From positions 258,367-322,366 of the forward strand of contig OY282459.1 in the NCBI GenBank assembly GCA_958296285.1: a DNA stretch of 64,000 nucleotides. Direction: 5' to 3'. The DNA comes from an uncultured Alphaproteobacteria bacterium. Lineage in GTDB: Bacteria; Pseudomonadota; Alphaproteobacteria; JAPOUT01; G958296285. The position numbers and the translations under genes were made by a program. Of the stretch, positions 19,924 through 30,724 are shown piece after piece. Every line of letters starts with the position of its first letter. Position 1 is the first letter of the stretch. The notes below the pieces were generated by a model. That model saw nothing but the letters and a program-made list of their open reading frames with translations. It did not search any database and was not told where the DNA came from.

Positions 19924-21123
19924 ATGAACCCTCTCCTCATACATTGCGGCTTCCGCCTCCTCTCGCCAGCGCTCTCGCGCATGAACCCCGAAACCGCCCA
20001 TAAACTCACAATCCAAATCCTAAAACGCCTCCCCCAAAAGACGCCCCAAAACCAAAACCCCTTGAGCCAAAAACTCCTCAATCTGACCTTCCCAAACCCT
20101 CTCGGCATCGCCGCAGGCTTTGACAAAAACGCCGAAACGCTCAACGGAATCTTCCAACTCAACTTCGGCTTCGCCGAAATCGGAACCATCACCCCTAAAC
20201 CCCAAATGGGCAACCCACGCCCCCGAATCTTCCGCCTCCCAAAACATCAAGCCGTCATCAACCGCATGGGCTTCCCCAATGACGGAATGGAAAAAATCCG
20301 CGAGCGCCTCGTCAAAACACAACCCCCCCAATCCATCATCGGCGTCAATATCGGCGCGAATGCCGAAAGCGCCAACATGGAAGACAAAATCGCCGACTAC
20401 GAAAAAACGCTCCACGCCTTCGCCAATCACGCATCCTATATCGCCGTCAATGTCTCCTCGCCCAACACCAAAGGACTGCGAAATCTCCAACGCCCCGACA
20501 ATCTCGCCAAACTCCTCAATCGCCTCAACGCGATACGCCAAAGCCGCGTCCCTCTCCTCCTCAAAATCTCCCCCGATCTGAGCGATCAAGAACTTCAAGA
20601 AATCGCCCGCCTCGCCCTAGAAAAAAAACTGGACGGCATCATCGCCACAAACACGACAATAAAACGCGAAGGACTCGTGGATGGAATCCACGCCGAAGAA
20701 ACGGGCGGACTTTCGGGAAAACCCCTCGCCTCCCTCGCCAATCAGACAATCCGAAAATTTTACCAAATGACCAACGGCGCGATTCCCATCATCGGAGTCG
20801 GCGGAATCGCCTCGGCGGAAGAGGCTTACGAAAAAATCCGCGCCGGCGCGTCTCTTCTCCAAATCTACACCGCGCTCGTCTATGATGGGCCTAGAATCGT
20901 CTCCGCCATCCTTGACGGGCTGGAGGCGCTTCTCAAAAAAGACGGCTATCGCCATATCAGCGAAGCCATCGGCGCGGATCATCGCCCAAAAGGAGAAAAA
21001 GAGAGACGCCGTCATGCAGCCCGCCATCTGCCACAACCCAATATGGCGAGAAAGCCGTCTTGGCGCGCCCGCCGGATCGCGCCCTTTCCATTCTCTCCGC
21101 ATCAGCTTAAAATATTAAAATAA
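19924..21123 (+). CDS. pyrD: dihydroorotate dehydrogenase (quinone)
   Basis: GIAAGFDKNA, GNPRPRIFRL, INRMGFPN, NVSSPNTKGLR, KISPDL, ATNTT, GGLSG. Confidence 0.95.
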   Translation: MNPLLIHCGFRLLSPALSRMNPETAHKLTIQILKRLPQKTPQNQNPLSQKLLNLTFPNPLGIAAGFDKNAETLNGIFQLNFGFAEIGTITPKPQMGNPRPRIFRLPKHQAVINRMGFPNDGMEKIRERLVKTQPPQSIIGVNIGANAESANMEDKIADYEKTLHAFANHASYIAVNVSSPNTKGLRNLQRPDNLAKLLNRLNAIRQSRVPLLLKISPDLSDQELQEIARLALEKKLDGIIATNTTIKREGLVDGIHAEETGGLSGKPLASLANQTIRKFYQMTNGAIPIIGVGGIASAEEAYEKIRAGASLLQIYTALVYDGPRIVSAILDGLEALLKKDGYRHISEAIGADHRPKGEKERRRHAARHLPQPNMARKPSWRARRIAPFPFSPHQLKILK

Positions 21124-21150
21124 GCTCTGTCTAAAAAGGGGAGGCTCGCT

Positions 21151-22179
21151 ATGTCGTTTCAGAGATTGATGCTCAAATCCTTATTGAGTCTGCCTGATCC
21201 TCTTCTCATTCGGATGTCGGGCGGTCGGCCTCTTGAGATTGACGGACGGCGTTTGGATGCGAAAGCGCAGTTTCTCGCGGCGCAGGCGGCGAACGCGCCG
21301 GCTCTGCACAGTCTCACCCCTCTTGAGGCGCGTCAGGCGACAAGCCTCGCCTTCGCGCTTCTGAACGCGCCGCGCCCAAGCGGCGTGGAGACGCGGGACG
21401 ATAAGATTCCGGGGCCCGGCGGCGATCTTCCTGTCCGCCATTATCGTCCGAAGGGCGCGTCTGGCGCTCTTCCCGCCCTTGTTTATTTTCATATGGGCGG
21501 ATGGGTGATTGGCGATTTGGACAGTTCGGATTCTTTCTGCGCGCTTTTGGCGAAGCGCGGCGGGGCGCATGTGATGTCGGTGGATTATCGTCTCGCGCCC
21601 GAGCATAAATTTCCTGCCGCGATGGAAGATGGAATCGCCGCCTATAAATGGATCGCGCGGAACGCCGCTTCTCTGAAGGTTGACGGCGATCGCGTGGCGG
21701 TTGGCGGCGATTCGGCGGGCGGCGGCATCAGCGCGGTCATTTGTCATGAGGCGAAGAGTCGCGGATATCGGCAGCCCAAGGCGCAGATGTTGATTTATCC
21801 TGCTGTGGATTTGGCGGCTGTCGGCGGCTCTATGGAGAGTTGCAGAGATTGTTATCCTCTGACGAGGGATTTGATGCTTTGGTTTGGCGGGCATTTTTTA
21901 GAGCGGGAGGAGAGTCGCGTGGATGTGATGGCGTCGCCGTTGCGCCGCGAGGATTTTAGCGAGTTGGCGCCGGCGCTTCTCATCACGGCGGGGTTTGATG
22001 TTTTGCGTTCGCAGGGTGAGGCTTATGCGGAGAAGATGCGGGAGGCGGGTGTTTCGGTTCGGTATCGTTGTTATGATTCTCTTGTTCATGGTTTCACGGC
22101 GCAGGCGGGGGTAGTGTCTGCGGCTGAGGCGGCGTGTGAAGGGATTGCGCGGGATTTTGGGAAGATTCTTTCTGAGTAG
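21151..22179 (+). CDS. HSL-family esterase/lipase
   Basis: HMGGWVIG, DYRLAPEHKFPA, GDSAGG, HGF. Confidence 0.9.
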   Translation: MSFQRLMLKSLLSLPDPLLIRMSGGRPLEIDGRRLDAKAQFLAAQAANAPALHSLTPLEARQATSLAFALLNAPRPSGVETRDDKIPGPGGDLPVRHYRPKGASGALPALVYFHMGGWVIGDLDSSDSFCALLAKRGGAHVMSVDYRLAPEHKFPAAMEDGIAAYKWIARNAASLKVDGDRVAVGGDSAGGGISAVICHEAKSRGYRQPKAQMLIYPAVDLAAVGGSMESCRDCYPLTRDLMLWFGGHFLEREESRVDVMASPLRREDFSELAPALLITAGFDVLRSQGEAYAEKMREAGVSVRYRCYDSLVHGFTAQAGVVSAAEAACEGIARDFGKILSE

Positions 22180-22199
22180 GAGTTTTGCGGAAAAGGGGG

Positions 22200-22605
22200 G
22201 GCGGCGAGCCGCCGCGGGCATCTTTTTCATAGACAGGCATTTTGGATTTGCCCCAGGGGAACTAGTGCATAGAAGCTGAAGGTGAAGGGGGGTCAAGGGG
22301 GGCTTGCCCCCCTTGAGAAAAGGAGGCTCGGGGGAAACCCCCGAATAGTCGGCGGGCGTGGCGAAACGAAGCGAGCGCTAGCGAGCGAGAAAGCCCGCCG
22401 ACCCCCCTGCATCGCGTGAGCTCTTGCGAGCGGGGGGCGCGTGGGTGGGTCGCATTTGCTCGCTCACGCTTCGCTCCGCTCGCAAATGCTTTTTTCCCAC
22501 CCACCCACGCGTTTCGGGGGGGATTCCCCCCCGACCCCCCCCCCTTCTTCGCGGGGGGCTTCGCCCCCCACACCCCCCGTCAGGGAGCTCCCCTGTTTTT
22601 TGGAG
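22200..22605 (+). repeat. nested-hairpin dispersed element, copy 3 (forward) with ~85 bp left extension and short right extension
   Basis: core ~22283-22580; left extension matches the reverse complement of ~41641-41725; right extension CAGGGAGCTCCCCTG..TTTTGGAG is shared with copy 4. Confidence 0.95.
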
Positions 22606-22622
22606 ATCCTCTATAATAAACC

Positions 22623-23369
22623 ATGACCCTCGCCCAAATCTTCCAAACAGCCCGAGACTGGATCCTCCCCCCTCATTGCCTCATCTGCGACACAACCATC
22701 CTCACCAACGGATGCCTCTGCGCGCCATGCTGGAAATCTATCCGCTTCATTGACAAACCCCGATGCCCCATCACAGGCGTCCCCTTCGCCCACCCCTGGC
22801 CCGCCCATATGCAAAGCGCCCAAAGCCGCCTCGTCAAACCGCCCTACGATTACGCCCGCGCCGCCATGCTCTACGGATCCGAAAAAAGCCGAATCCTCAT
22901 CGCCCAAATGAAATTCCGCGACCACCCCGAAATCGCCATCCCCGCCGCCCAATGGATCGCGCGCGCCAGCCGCGACATCCTCAACAAAGCCGACCTGCTC
23001 GCCCCCGTCCCCCTCCACCGCCGCCGACTCTTCCAAAGACGCTTCAACCAATCCGCCGAAATCGCCCGCGCTCTTTCCCAAATCAGCCAAATCCCGCATC
23101 TCCCCGACCTCCTGATCCGCGCCCGCCACACCCAGCAGCAGACGGGGCTGAAGCGCCGCGATAGAGAACGCAATGTCGCGCGCGCTTTCATTATCAATCC
23201 CCATCACAAGAAGCGCGTCAAAGGGCGGAGCGTTCTTATCATTGACGATGTGATGACGTCGGGCGCGACAAGCGGCGAATGCGCTCAGACTTTGCGCCGC
23301 GCCGGCGCGGGCGCGATTGGGGTTTTGACTGTGGCGCGGGTTGTTCATCCCCATGAGACGCATCCTTGA
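22623..23369 (+). CDS. comF: ComF family amidophosphoribosyltransferase-like protein
   Basis: double zinc ribbon CLIC/CAPC, PVPLHRRR, RRFNQS, IIDDVMTSGAT. Confidence 0.9.
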   Translation: MTLAQIFQTARDWILPPHCLICDTTILTNGCLCAPCWKSIRFIDKPRCPITGVPFAHPWPAHMQSAQSRLVKPPYDYARAAMLYGSEKSRILIAQMKFRDHPEIAIPAAQWIARASRDILNKADLLAPVPLHRRRLFQRRFNQSAEIARALSQISQIPHLPDLLIRARHTQQQTGLKRRDRERNVARAFIINPHHKKRVKGRSVLIIDDVMTSGATSGECAQTLRRAGAGAIGVLTVARVVHPHETHP

Positions 23370-23370
23370 G

Positions 23371-23716
23371 CGCATAGAAGCTGAAGGTTAAGGGGGGTTT
23401 GGGGGGCTAGCCCCCCAAAAAAAAACCAAGCGGGCGCAAGCCCGCTATAGTCGGCGGGCGTGGCGAAACGAAGCGGGCGAAGCCGCAGGCAAGCCCGCGA
23501 GAAAGCCCGCCGACCCCCCTTGCAACGCGAGAGCTCTTGGCGTTCAGGGGGCGCGTGGGTGGGTCGCATTTGCTCGTTTCGCGTTGCTTCACTCGCAAAT
23601 GCTTTTTTCCCACCCACCCACGCGCTTTCGGGGGGATTCCCCCCGACCCCCCCCTTTTCTCAAGGGGGGCAAGCCCCCCTTGACCCCCCGTCAGGGAGCT
23701 CCCCTGTCTTTTGGAG
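23371..23716 (+). repeat. nested-hairpin dispersed element, copy 4 (forward)
   Basis: starts GCATAGAAGCTGAAGG (shared with copies 3 and 7), full hairpin core, right extension overlaps the ubiG stop. Confidence 0.95.
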
Positions 23717-24485
23717 CTTCAAAAAGCCCCTTCCGCGCCGCCATCATATAATTCACATCCATATCCCCAGTCAGACGAAAAAAAGAAAAAAAAGGCACAT
23801 ACATAACACCCGTCTCATCACTCGCCTCCAACCCCCCGCCACGAAAAGCGCGGCGAAGCTCGTCAGGCGTGATGAAACCCTCATAACGATGCGTGCCGCG
23901 AGGAAGCCAGCCCAAAACATACTCCAAGCCAAGAATCGCGAAAAGAAAAGATTTCGGCGTCCTGTTAATCGTCGCCGCGATAAGAAGCCCCGAAGGCGAA
24001 AGCATCGCGCCAAGACGCTTGACCGTCCCCGCCACGTCCGGAAGATGCTCCAAAATCTCCATGATCAAAATCACGTCATAAGAACGCGCCGCCGACCCCT
24101 TCCCCTTCGCCGCCCTCTCCCGATAAAGCGTCTCGTCCGTGCCGACTCGGTAATCTATCTTTAAGCCCTGAGAAACAGCATGGGCTTTGGCGATCTCTAT
24201 CGTCTCTGAACTCGCGTCCAAAGCGGTGACCCTAGCGCCCATCCGCGCCAACGGCTCGCTCAAAAGACCGCCGCCGCAGCCCATATCCAAAAAACGAAGC
24301 GAAGCGAAAGACTGCCCGCGCCCTCCCAAGCCAAAATGCGCCGCGACAAGCCTCTCAATATAAGAAAGGCGAAGCGGATTAAGCCGATGGAGCATCGCGA
24401 AAGGCCCCTCCCTGTCCCACCATCTCTGGGCAAGAGCGGAGAAATGCGCGATCTCTTCTTCTTCTCTGGCGGTCGGCGGATTCAT
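23691..24485 (-). CDS. ubiG: ubiquinone biosynthesis O-methyltransferase
   Basis: WWDREGPF, LHRLNPLRL, LDMGCGGGLLSEPLARMGA, MEILEH, TINRT, LPRGTH. Confidence 0.93.
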   Translation of the reverse strand: MNPPTAREEEEIAHFSALAQRWWDREGPFAMLHRLNPLRLSYIERLVAAHFGLGGRGQSFASLRFLDMGCGGGLLSEPLARMGARVTALDASSETIEIAKAHAVSQGLKIDYRVGTDETLYRERAAKGKGSAARSYDVILIMEILEHLPDVAGTVKRLGAMLSPSGLLIAATINRTPKSFLFAILGLEYVLGWLPRGTHRYEGFITPDELRRAFRGGGLEASDETGVMYVPFFSFFRLTGDMDVNYMMAARKGLFEAPKDRGAP

Positions 24486-24568
24486 GATTCTTGAACCAAG
24501 TCTATCGCGCCGCGCCCCCTTTGAGAAGAGCTCTGCGCCGCCGCCCGTCTGATGATACACTCCGCGCC

Positions 24569-25834
24569 ATGTCCGCTCTGGTGATGAAATTCGGCGGAAC
24601 CTCCCTCGCCGATGAAACGCGCCTTCGCCGCGCGGCGCGTCATGCCGCGCGGGAGGCGAAAAACCATAAGAGACTGGCCGTCATCGTCTCGGCGCAGGGC
24701 GGCGAGACCGACTCGCTTCTCAACCGCGCCAAAATCATGAGCGGCGCGATAGACTCCTCCGAAACCGATGCTGTCCTCGCCGCCGGCGAGCAGATCAGCG
24801 CCGCTCTTTTCGCTTTGGCGCTCCAAGAGATTGGCGTCAAGGCGCGATCATGGCAGAGCTGGCAGATTCCGATCCGCGCGGCAGGCTCCCACGGAAGCGC
24901 GCGCCTCGCCTCCATCAAAACCGAAGCGCTGACGCGCGCGCTCAATCAGGGCGAAACCGCCGTCATTTGCGGCTTTCAAGCCGTCACGGCGGATGAGCGA
25001 ATCGCCACTCTCGGGCGCGGCGGCTCAGACACCAGCGCTGTCGCGCTCGCCGCCGCCCTCCAAGCGAAGCGCTGCGACATCTACACCGACGTTGACGGCG
25101 TTTTCACCGCCGATCCGCGCATTGTCAAAAAAGCGCATCGGCTTGGCAGAATCGCCTATGAGGAAATGCTGGAAATGGCGTCTTTGGGCGCAAGGGTCTT
25201 GGAGACGCGGGCGGTCGCGCTCGCTATGATGGAGAATGTCGCGCTCTGGGTGCGCTCGGCTTTTGACGACTGGACGCTCTCGCCGAAGCCCGGCGAGCGC
25301 GGCACATGGATCGGCGGCGAGGAGGAGATTGTGGAGAAGGAAAAGATTCGCGGCATCAGCTGCGCCGAAAAAGAAGCCAAAATCACGCTGACCCGTCTCC
25401 AAGACAAGCCCGGAGTCGCGGCTGCCGTCTTCGCGCCTTTGGCGAAGGCCGGCGTCATCGTGGATATGATCGCGCAGAGCGCGGCGGCGGGGAAAGCGGC
25501 GGCAGGGGCGGGCGCGATAGGCGCGACAGACCTCACCTTCACCGTCGCCCGCCAAGATTTGGCGCGCGCCAAACGCTGTCTGGAAGAGGCGCGCGCGCAG
25601 ATAGGCTATGAAGGCTTGTTCTGCGAAGAGAGCGCCGCCAAACTGTCGGTGGTCGGCATCGCGATGCGAAGCCAAGCCGGCGTGGCGAGCGTCATGTTCC
25701 GCGCTTTGGCGGAAGCGAAGATCAACATCCACGCCATTTCCACATCCGAGATTAAAATCTCCATCCTGATAGAGAGCCGCCACGCCAAAAAGGCGCTCCG
25801 AATCCTCCATCAGCTCTACGGGCTGGACGGATAG
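24569..25834 (+). CDS. lysC: aspartate kinase
   Basis: VMKFGGTS, TLGRGGSDTSAV, YTDVDGV, ACT domains, STSEIKIS. Confidence 0.95.
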   Translation: MSALVMKFGGTSLADETRLRRAARHAAREAKNHKRLAVIVSAQGGETDSLLNRAKIMSGAIDSSETDAVLAAGEQISAALFALALQEIGVKARSWQSWQIPIRAAGSHGSARLASIKTEALTRALNQGETAVICGFQAVTADERIATLGRGGSDTSAVALAAALQAKRCDIYTDVDGVFTADPRIVKKAHRLGRIAYEEMLEMASLGARVLETRAVALAMMENVALWVRSAFDDWTLSPKPGERGTWIGGEEEIVEKEKIRGISCAEKEAKITLTRLQDKPGVAAAVFAPLAKAGVIVDMIAQSAAAGKAAAGAGAIGATDLTFTVARQDLARAKRCLEEARAQIGYEGLFCEESAAKLSVVGIAMRSQAGVASVMFRALAEAKINIHAISTSEIKISILIESRHAKKALRILHQLYGLDG

Positions 25835-25852
25835 CCCGCCCTTGCGCCCCCG

Positions 25853-28120
25853 ATGGAGTCCCAAGACAGAGGCACGCGCTTTTTTCTGAAACGCCTGCGC
25901 GAGACCATGGCGCTGGCGCTCAAAGAAGAGAGCCGATTGGCGAAGATTGTCGCCCTCATTTCCGGACATATGGTCGCCGAAGTCTGCTCTATCTATCTGC
26001 GCCGCCCGGGGGGCGAGATGGAACTCTACGCCACCGAAGGCTTGAATCCGAAAGCGGTCGGGCGGACAGTGCTGGCGGCGGGCGAAGGTCTCATCGGCGC
26101 GATCGCCCGCCACGCGCAGCCTCTCATTCTGCAGGACGCGCAGAACCATCCCGCCTTCTCCTATCGTCCTGAAACGGGCGAGGAGATTTACAAATCCTTC
26201 CTCGGCGTTCCGATCATCCGCATGGGGCATGTGCTGGGCGTGCTGTCGGTGCAGAATCGCCGCCGCCGCGCCTACAGCGAAGACAATGTGGAACTGATGG
26301 AGACCGCCGCCATGCTGATGGCCGAATTGCTGGCGGGGCGCGCTTTTCACTCGCGCGCGGCGCGGGCCGCGCCGAATGAAGCCCTTCATCTCAAAGGCGC
26401 GTCTTTGGCGCGGGGCTTGGCGATGGGCGAGATCGTCCTCCATCAGCCGCGCATCCATATTGAGACGCTCCTCGCCGAAGATTCAGACCGCGAGCATGAG
26501 CGTCTGGACGCCGCTCTTTATGATCTCCGCGCCGAGCTGGACGAAATGCGGAGCGCGCCCAGCCTCGCCGAGGGCGGCGAAGAGCGGCAGATTCTAGAAG
26601 CCCACCGAATCTTCGCCGATGATCGCAGCTGGCAAGCCCGCCTCCATGAAGCGATAGAGACGGGCTTGAGCGCCGAAGCCTCTGTTGAGCGCGTCCAAGA
26701 GAATATCCGCGCCCGCTTCCTGCATCAAAGCAACCCCTATCTGAAAGAAAGGCTTCACGATTTGGACGATCTCGCCAACCGCCTGCTGCGCCATCTGACA
26801 GGCGGGGGCATGAAGCCCGAATCTCTTCCGGAAGAGGCTATTCTGGTGGCGCGCAATATGGGGCCTGCCGAACTGCTGGACTATGACAAAGATCGTCTGC
26901 GCGGCATCGCGCTGGAGGAAGGCTCGGCGCTCGCCCATGCCACCATTGTCGCGCGATCTTTGGGGATTCCGCTCATCGGACGGCTTCCCGATCTCTTGAC
27001 GATCGCGGCGGCCGGGAGCGCCGCCATTTTGGACGGCGACACCGGCGCGCTTTATCTCAATCCCGACCGCCATCTGCGGGCGGCTTACCGCGAGAAAAGA
27101 AAGATTCGCGCGCGCCGCCTCAAAGCCTATCGCGCGCGCGCCCGCCGCGCCTCGCGGACAAAAGACGGCGCGGAGATAGCCCTTCTGATGAATGTCGGTC
27201 TTTTGATGGATCTGCCGCAGCTGGAGGAAACGGGCGCGGAAGGGATCGGACTTGTCCGCACGGAGCTGCAGTTCATGATTCACGCCGCCATGCCGCGCCT
27301 CTCGGCGCAGGTGGCGCTTTATCGTCAGATTTTGGCGGCGGCGGGCGAGAATCCGGTCGCCTTCCGCACGCTGGACATTGGCGGCGACAAGATTCTCCCC
27401 TATATGCGAAATCTGGGAATCCGAAGGCAGAGAGGAGAAAACCCGGCTTTGGGCTGGCGGGCGATCCGAATCGCGCTGGACAAGCCCGTTCTCCTCCGAT
27501 ACCAGCTGCGCGCGCTTCTTCAGGCGGCGGCGGGGAAGGCGCTTCATATTCTTTTTCCGATGATCGCCACTGTGGAGGAATATCATCAGGCGCGGGCGCT
27601 TCTGCGGAAGGAGGAAACGCATGCCGAGCGGCATGGTTTGGCGCGTCCGCGCTCGGTCTCGGTGGGCGCGATGCTGGAAGTCCCGTCTCTCATCTGGCAG
27701 TTGGAGGCGCTTTTGCCCGAGAGCGATTTTCTCGCCATTGGCACGAACGATCTTTTGCAGTTTTTCTTCGCCAGCGACAGAGGCGATCCGCATGTCGGCG
27801 AGCGCTATGATCCTCTGAATAGAGGTTTTTTGGCGGCGCTCCGCCATATTCATCGCAAGGCGGAGGCGGCCGGCGTGCCGGCGACCGTCTGCGGCGAGAT
27901 GGCGGCGAATCCCCTTCACGCGCTGGCGCTCATCGGCATCGGCTTTCGGAAAATCACGCTGGCGCCAAGCGCCATCGGTCCTGTCAAAGAGGCGATCGGG
28001 CTCTTGGATCTGCGCGCTCTTCAAGAAGAGATGCCGAAAATCTTTGACGATCCCGCGTCAAGCCCTCGTGAAATCCTTGAAGATTTCGCCAAGAAGCATA
28101 AGATTCCGACAGTCTCTTAA
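25853..28120 (+). CDS. ptsP: GAF-domain PTS enzyme I (Ntr)
   Basis: GAF AEVCSIY, GIGLVRTE, RTLDIGGDK, ENPALGWRAIR, GTNDL, CGEMA. Confidence 0.94.
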   Translation: MESQDRGTRFFLKRLRETMALALKEESRLAKIVALISGHMVAEVCSIYLRRPGGEMELYATEGLNPKAVGRTVLAAGEGLIGAIARHAQPLILQDAQNHPAFSYRPETGEEIYKSFLGVPIIRMGHVLGVLSVQNRRRRAYSEDNVELMETAAMLMAELLAGRAFHSRAARAAPNEALHLKGASLARGLAMGEIVLHQPRIHIETLLAEDSDREHERLDAALYDLRAELDEMRSAPSLAEGGEERQILEAHRIFADDRSWQARLHEAIETGLSAEASVERVQENIRARFLHQSNPYLKERLHDLDDLANRLLRHLTGGGMKPESLPEEAILVARNMGPAELLDYDKDRLRGIALEEGSALAHATIVARSLGIPLIGRLPDLLTIAAAGSAAILDGDTGALYLNPDRHLRAAYREKRKIRARRLKAYRARARRASRTKDGAEIALLMNVGLLMDLPQLEETGAEGIGLVRTELQFMIHAAMPRLSAQVALYRQILAAAGENPVAFRTLDIGGDKILPYMRNLGIRRQRGENPALGWRAIRIALDKPVLLRYQLRALLQAAAGKALHILFPMIATVEEYHQARALLRKEETHAERHGLARPRSVSVGAMLEVPSLIWQLEALLPESDFLAIGTNDLLQFFFASDRGDPHVGERYDPLNRGFLAALRHIHRKAEAAGVPATVCGEMAANPLHALALIGIGFRKITLAPSAIGPVKEAIGLLDLRALQEEMPKIFDDPASSPREILEDFAKKHKIPTVS

Positions 28121-28154
28121 AATCTCTTGAAGAAACTTGTTGGAAGCGCCGATC

Positions 28155-29300
28155 ATGCGAAACAGAAAGACCGAAAAAACGCCGCGCTCTTGCGCGGACG
28201 CCCCCTATCGGGAAATCAAGCGCCGACAGTCGCGCAAGATTTGGGTGGGGCCGGTGGCGGTCGGCGGAGACGCGCCCATTTCGGTGCAGTCCATGACGAA
28301 CAGTCCGACTTCGGACGCCGCCGCCACGCTCAAGCAAATAGAGACTTTGGCGGAGGCCGGGGCGGATTTCGTCCGCGTCTCCTGTCCTGACGAGGATTCC
28401 ACGAAGGCTTTGCGCAAGATTGTCCGCCGGTCTCCTCTTCCGATTGTCGCCGACATTCATTTTCATCATGCCCGCGCGATAGAGGCGGCGGAAGCGGGGG
28501 CGGCGTGTTTGAGGATCAATCCCGGCAATATCGGCGCCAGAGATCGCGTCCGCGATGTCGTTCAGGCGGCGCGGGATCATGGCTGCGCGATGCGAATCGG
28601 CGTCAATGGCGGATCGCTGGAATCGTCTCTTCTTGAGAAATATGGCGAGCCTTGTCCGGAGGCGATGGCGGAGAGCGCGCTTTATCACGCCTCGTTTCTT
28701 GAGGAGGAGGATTTTCACAACTATAAGATCAGCGTCAAAGCTTCCGATGTCTTTATGACGGTCGCGGCTTACAGGCTTCTCGCCGCGAAGACGGACGCGC
28801 CGCTCCATTTGGGAATCACCGAAGCCGGAAGTCTTTGGCCGGGGACGATCAAATCGGCGATCGGCTTGGGCGCGCTTCTTTGGGAGGGGATTGGCGACAC
28901 GCTGCGCGTCTCTTTAGCCGCGCCGCCGGCTGAGGAGGTTCGCGCCGGTTTTGAGATTCTGAAATCTTTGGGTCTGCGGCAGCGGGGCGTCAAGATTATC
29001 GCCTGTCCTTCCTGCGCCAGACAGGGCTTTGACGTGATCAAGACGATCCGAATCTTGGAAGAGCGTCTGGCGCATATCAAGACGCCGATGACCCTTTCCG
29101 TCATTGGCTGCGTCGTCAATGGGCCGGGCGAGGCGCGGATGAGCGACATTGGCTTCACCGGCGGAGGCGGTCTCGCCGGGCTTCTTTACATTGGCGGCAA
29201 GCCTCATCAGAAAGTGCCGCATGACGAGATGGTGGATCGCCTTGTCGCGCTTGTGGAGGAGAAGGCGGCGGAATGTGATTCCGAGTCTCGGAAGGGCTAG
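28155..29300 (+). CDS. ispG: HMBPP synthase (flavodoxin)
   Basis: [50 protein letters not shown]. Confidence 0.95.
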   Translation: MRNRKTEKTPRSCADAPYREIKRRQSRKIWVGPVAVGGDAPISVQSMTNSPTSDAAATLKQIETLAEAGADFVRVSCPDEDSTKALRKIVRRSPLPIVADIHFHHARAIEAAEAGAACLRINPGNIGARDRVRDVVQAARDHGCAMRIGVNGGSLESSLLEKYGEPCPEAMAESALYHASFLEEEDFHNYKISVKASDVFMTVAAYRLLAAKTDAPLHLGITEAGSLWPGTIKSAIGLGALLWEGIGDTLRVSLAAPPAEEVRAGFEILKSLGLRQRGVKIIACPSCARQGFDVIKTIRILEERLAHIKTPMTLSVIGCVVNGPGEARMSDIGFTGGGGLAGLLYIGGKPHQKVPHDEMVDRLVALVEEKAAECDSESRKG

Positions 29301-29307
29301 CGTGGAG

Positions 29308-30381
29308 ATGGTGTCGGCGGAGGCGCGGGCGCGTTTGTTGGCGCGCTTCGCGGATTTGGAGACGCGGCTGGGCGCGAGCGATCCTGCCGGCGCGGATTAT
29401 GCGAGATTGTCCAAAGATTGGGCGGCGCTTCGCGCCGCCGCCGATCTGGCGCGGCGGATTGACGCGCTGGCGCGGGAGTTTGAGGCGCTGGAGGCGATGC
29501 GGCGCGAGGCGGCGGGCGACAGGGAGATGATCGCTTTGGCGGAGGAGGAGGCGCGCGCCATTCTCGCGCGGCGCGAGGCTTTGGAGGCGGAGTTGGCGCG
29601 GGCGATGGCGGCGGGCGGCGCGGCGGGCGATGGGGGCGATGAGGATGATGCGATAGGCTCTGTGATTTTGGAGATTCGCGCCGGGACGGGCGGCGAGGAG
29701 GCGGCGCTTTTCGCTGGGGATTTGATGCGGATGTATCAGCGTTATGCGGCGTCTCGGGGTTGGCTTGTGGAGATTCTCAATCTTTCGGAGTCGGAGACGG
29801 GGGGGGCGCGCGAGGCGATTTTGTCCATTGGCGGGGCTGAGGTTTTTCGGCGTTTGCGGTTTGAATCGGGCGTTCATCGGGTTCAGCGCGTGCCGGTGAC
29901 GGAATCGGGCGGGAGGATTCACACTTCGGCGGCGACTGTCGCTGTTTTGCCGCAGCCTGAGGAGCGCGAGGTAGAGATTGTGGAGAAGGATCTTCGGATA
30001 GATGTTTTTCGGGCGCGGGGTCCGGGCGGGCAGTCTGTGAATACGACGGACAGCGCGGTTCGGATCACGCATATTCCGAGCGGCATTGTTGTGGCGCAGC
30101 AGGATGAGAAGTCGCAGCATCGCAATAAGGCGAAGGCGTTGCGCGTTTTGCGGGCGCGGCTTTATGAGCGCGAGCGGGAGGCGGCGCGGGTTGCGCGCGA
30201 TGAGGCTCGGCGCGGGCAGATTGGCACTGGTGATCGTTCGGAGCGGATTCGGACGTATAATTTTCCACAGAACAGGGTTAGCGATCATCGGATTCGTTTG
30301 ACGGTTCGGAAGTTGGATATGGTTTTGGATGGGGCTTTGGATTTGGTTGTGGGGCCGTTGCTGGAGTCGCGGACGGATTGA
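29308..30381 (+). CDS. prfA: peptide chain release factor 1
   Basis: [18 protein letters not shown] motif, [29 protein letters not shown]. Confidence 0.96.
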   Translation: MVSAEARARLLARFADLETRLGASDPAGADYARLSKDWAALRAAADLARRIDALAREFEALEAMRREAAGDREMIALAEEEARAILARREALEAELARAMAAGGAAGDGGDEDDAIGSVILEIRAGTGGEEAALFAGDLMRMYQRYAASRGWLVEILNLSESETGGAREAILSIGGAEVFRRLRFESGVHRVQRVPVTESGGRIHTSAATVAVLPQPEEREVEIVEKDLRIDVFRARGPGGQSVNTTDSAVRITHIPSGIVVAQQDEKSQHRNKAKALRVLRARLYEREREAARVARDEARRGQIGTGDRSERIRTYNFPQNRVSDHRIRLTVRKLDMVLDGALDLVVGPLLESRTD

Positions 30382-30384
30382 CAT

Positions 30385-30701
30385 GCTCCCGTGAAGGGGG
30401 GTTTGGGGGGCTAGCCCCCCAAGAAAGGGGGGGTCGGGGGGAATCCCCCCCGAAAGCGCGTGGGTGGGGTGGGGGAAAAGCATTTGCGAAGCGAGAGTAG
30501 CGAGCGAGCAAATGCGACCCCACCCACGCGCCCCCTGCTAGAAGAGCTCTTGCGATGCAGGGGGGTCGGCGGGCTTTCTCGCGGGCTTGCCTGCGGCTTC
30601 GCCCGCTTCGTTTCGCCACGCCCGCCGACTTTTCGGGGGTTTCCCCCGAACCCCCTTTTTTCAAGGGGGGCAAGCCCCCCTTGACCCCCCTTTATCGGAG
30701 C
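30385..30701 (-). repeat. nested-hairpin dispersed element, copy 5 (reverse)
   Basis: reverse complement of the same core; between prfA and prmC. Confidence 0.95.
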
Positions 30702-30724
30702 CAAGAAACCGATACACTGCCCAA

